NCBI GenBank assembly: GCA_051294375.1
Contig: CM119269.1
Coordinates: forward strand, 19,419,069-19,457,214
Direction of reading: 5' to 3'
Length of the DNA stretch: 38,146 nucleotides
Source of the DNA: Paraspadella gotoi
Taxonomy: Eukaryota > Animalia > Chaetognatha
The notes under the pieces were generated by a model. That model saw only the letters and a list, made by a program, of their open reading frames with translations, did no database searches and was not told the DNA's origin. The position numbers were made by a program, and so were the translations under genes. This document shows positions 9,602 to 38,146 of this stretch, piece after piece; position 1 is the first letter of the stretch; each line of letters starts with the position of its first letter.

Positions 9602-11052
9602 CTCCACCCAACCTCTCTCCATCATTCAACCTCGTTTGCGGTCCCTTTTCATGGAATGGTTTTCCTTTCGAAAGACGGCAAAAGCNNNNNNNNNNGGAAT
9701 TTTTTTTATTCAAGCTGCTGCGATTTTATAAATTTTTGGGGGTGGGATTTAGACTGGGCTGAGCTCAGGAAAGGATAAGCGTCTTACATATTCAATTCAC
9801 AAAATAACACTCTTATGATTCTTCAATTCTAACTTTAAAAAAATCACCGATGTCTACGCTAAAAATCACCACAAAGCCAAAGCAAAGGAAAATGAAACAA
9901 AGTTTTTAGACGCACATCTATTTATTTTTCATCAGCAAAAAAAGAATTTTTTTCGATAATCTGGTTTATTAGAGAAGAAAAAATGTTAGTAAAAAAAAGT
10001 CCTGGTTCTTTTTTTTATTTCTTTTTACTCATGCAAAACAAGAGTTAACGGCTTCTCTGAAGCCATTCACGTTGTAATAAAAAATAATAATAGTAATAAT
10101 AATAGTAATAGCCATCAACGAATCAGTCTAAGGGATCACAGAGACAACGAATTACGGTATCAACTTTTTTTAATACGCGAAAAAAAAAAACAGTCGTCGG
10201 GCGGTCAACGCCAACATTTATTGATACATAAAACTATTATATATTACTAAAATATTTTATTTGCTCATTAAAAATACACGTTTTCGACGGACAAAGGGTC
10301 CCCAGTTTTCCTGAAGCCGAAACTCCTCTGGCGCTGACAGCGAACGACGACGAAAATAAAAAAACAATCCAGAGTTTTTCTTATTTAATACGACATAAAT
10401 AAAATTTCAAATATGCGTGAAGCAATTATTAATATACGATCAGAAACTTTTTAGAATATGTAGAAAGATAATAATAACATCCTTTAACTCTAAAAAGGGG
10501 CGAGATTTCGCAGGTAATGCTATTTAAAAAAAAAAAAAAAAAACTATACTGTAAGTTTAGTTAATTTCGGTTTCATTTCTATTAATTTAAAATCAAATAT
10601 TTCTTTTTATTTCATTGTAGAGAGAGCGAGAAAGAGATAGAGCAACTACAGTATGCAAAATATTAGATTAAAAAAAAATAAACAGAGAATTTTCTACGAC
10701 ACGAAATTTCAAAGTTCTATTAACGCCAAAAAATATTTTTATATCAATTTTTTTTCGTAATGTTTCGGCGACACACGAACGAAGTGCAAAAACACGGGGG
10801 AGAAAAGGGGAATGAAAAAAGTGACCTAACCTTTTTCGTCGCCATTTTTTTTCTTTACACGATTCAATCTACACGAATATAAAAAGCGGTTTTTCACAAA
10901 CAAAAACCGACTTTTCACAAATAAAATCACGAGAATAATAAAACGTAACGATAATTTCTTTTTGTCATTGCGAGAAAAATAAACCGCGAAAAACTAAACA
11001 GAAAAATCGCAGAAAAAGATTTTTTGGACGGTAAATTATTCATTCACGAGCG

Positions 11053-11103
<51 letters not shown>

Positions 11104-12127
11104 ATCTCCGATTTTAAATCGGTTAGCGAGGGTCATTTGGAAGAAAGAAATTTGTAAACAAAACCGACGCCTTCCAACCCAAGGCTCAAATGTCCAGATC
11201 ATCCGATCATCCAGTTTGACATTGCAGGAGGCATGACAATCCAGATCATCCGACAACCTGTCACCGACCGACGATAAATGTTTTCAAATTAAATGACCAT
11301 GAAATTCAAACGTTTTGACAATCTGGTTTCGTTTTGGTCTGTCTGGACAGTCCGGATTTGTTTCGACAATCGTCATGGCGAAAATAATTCGGCAAAAAAA
11401 AAATATAAAGAGCATCGGCAAAAAGTTTTGAAAGAAATCAAGGAAGACGACAAGGAACGATTATAAATCTGCACGAATCCAGACGAAATGTAGCACAATG
11501 TAGTACAATGTCAACATTTTTTTCCCCTCATACTTTTTATATTTGAAATAATTTTTTTCGGTAATTTTTTTTGTTTTTCCGTCGATGTTAGAGATCTACA
11601 CGAATTAAAGAAATTAAACGACAAAGCCGCGTCCGGTGTTACTTGTATATTGTAAAACTACCACAGAAATTGTAAACGTTTGCAGATATATGTTAATAAA
11701 ATAATCGCTCGGCAGAGATAAGAAAGCTAAGGACTATATGATCGGAGTGAGAGCGAGAGAATTAGAAACGCCGCGCGTGCTTTCTTTTGGGTAGGTAAAG
11801 GTTCTTAGATGAGATGATGAGAGGATGAGAGAGTGTGAGATGATGAAGAGAGTCATGATGAGAGATGGAGAGGGGGAGGGAAGGATGATGGGAAGCTATG
11901 GGGAGAAGTTATGGTCGAGTAGAGACGATGGTAATGAGAGAGAAGATGGGGTGGTTTGGGGATGAAAGGAGAAGGGAGTGAGGAATCGCGGGGATTCCAT
12001 TCATGTTCGGATTCGAAGACGGAACTGGAGTGATGTGTGAAGAGATGGAGCAGAAAGTTGGGGTCGAGGATTAACGGTGGAGCGGTGGAGCGGAATGAGG
12101 TAAGGGAGAGGAGAGGAGAGAAGATGG

Positions 12128-12159
<32 letters not shown>

Positions 12160-12899
12160 GGGGCGGCTGACTTTAATTTTTTTTTAGTAGGGTATGACTT
12201 TGACTATTTTTTTTAAACGTTTTTATTTATTTACTTCTTGTTATTGGCGGCGATCGGTGGGAGATTAAACTCAGCCCAATGAATGGAAAATAAATCTTGC
12301 CCTTCCGGCCGGTGGGAGGAGAGGGGGAGAACTTGCATATTGATTAGAGAGGGGGGGATTTGGATCCGGCAAAAGGAAGAAGGGATAGAATAGTTTACAA
12401 TTGGCAATCTTGCACGGTGGGGGGCGCGGACACATCTCTTTGGGCAAAGGCAACAATTTAATTCCGCCGAATTGGGGAAGAAATGGGGGGTAGGGAGAGG
12501 GGCGGGGAAGGAAAGAGAGGGGAATAGGGAGGCGAGGGATTATGTCGGGAAGGGGGAGAGACGGAGCTTGGAATTGAAGTACAAGGTTCGTTGTAAAGCT
12601 TCGATTTTCGTTGCTTTTTTTTCTTTATTTCGTTTTATTTTTTTTTTAATTTTTTAACGTAAGAACAAGTTGGTTGTCCGCTCAATCGTGACCCTCACCT
12701 CAAGTTCTCACAGTTGCGCTTTTTGTCCGCGAGTATTGGTTGTTTTTTTTTTCTAATCCTTGTTTGTTTTTTTTTGTTTCGATTGTCGGTCAAGTTTAGT
12801 TATCGGTCGAGTTTGGTGGTTTCAGCAGACTTTCTCTTTCTTTTTTTTCTTATATTCACTTTTACTTTTTTTTCGTTCAGACATTGTGTGTGTGTTAGA

Positions 12900-12946
<47 letters not shown>

Positions 12947-13017
12947 GAGAGAGAGAAGAGAGATGAAGGGAAAGTAAACAGCGGAAGAGACCGTGTGAGA
13001 CAAGGCAGGCATCGCCA

Positions 13018-37414
<24,397 letters not shown>

Positions 37415-38146
37415 CTGCAAGAGTAAGAGGGAGGGAAAGATGGGAGGTTTTAATAAACTGGTTCTTCGTCTTATTCCGTATTTCGAGGACAACGAAGAAA
37501 TATTTTAAATGTCGTACAACCAATTTTATTATTTCATTGTTTGTAGTTAAAATGATAAAAGCAGATGGTTTAACTCTAAAATTTAGTTAATCGAAATAAA
37601 AAATGGAAAAGAATTAATTAAATACATTTTTAAAAAAGACGCCATAATTTTTTTTTTTTTTTGTTTATTTGTCGAATAAAAGAAAAAAAATCCTCTTCCT
37701 CTTCCTCTTCCTCTTCCCTCGAGACAAAAAAATTTAATGACGTAAAATTAAAAGGAATTTGCTCGGAATTCCGTCTTTCGCCGAGGCCATCTGCGATCAC
37801 CGACTCAATTGGCCGACTTTGCGCAATGAAAAACGAAAAAAAGATTTTAAAAAATGAGCGGGATATTTTAAATTGATTAAAATACCTTGAACATAAATAT
37901 TAGATCAAAAGGGGAAATATAACTTTTAATCGAATGTATGAACATTGAATACCTTTTATATTGAATAAATAAACGACTATGTCTACCTCATTACCCACTG
38001 CTTTTCACAAAACGCCACCATCCCCTCTTCTCATTGCCCATTTAAATTTTTCAAATCCAATTTTCTTTTCAAATTTGATCTCAATCAAAAAAACTTTTTT
38101 TAAATCGGAAACGAAGCACCGCACGTACGTCAGGTGATAAGCCAAG

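Overview
This is AT-rich, microsatellite-dense animal (probably invertebrate) genomic DNA from a draft, gap-filled assembly with 8 N-gaps. The species cannot be identified from the sequence. Nearly all ORF-track entries are translations of simple repeats; the real genes are spliced and both lie on the minus strand. (1) A complete, apparently secreted C-type lectin with two tandem lectin domains (ATG at 7440, about 12-13 exons, ending at 2232 or 3336). Both domains carry a non-canonical QPQ/WHD site and a seventh, unpaired Cys. (2) The 3' end of an Eph receptor tyrosine kinase gene: last kinase exon (37207-37414), SAM-domain exons (20712-20815, 20244-20321, 13552-13708) and an unusually long post-SAM tail that can end in ...EPYLV* (13018). 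The Eph introns hold a 4.2-kb TA-flanked non-autonomous DNA transposon with GC-rich cargo, a tRNA-derived SINE-like head next to a degenerate twister-ribozyme-like motif, and a promoter-like island that could drive a kinase-less SAM isoform. They also contain a ~3-kb indel-riddled duplicate (likely raw long-read gap fill) that shows both the filled and empty site of a 2.3-kb insertion. All gene models were built by hand from splice sites and reading frame, without transcript evidence.
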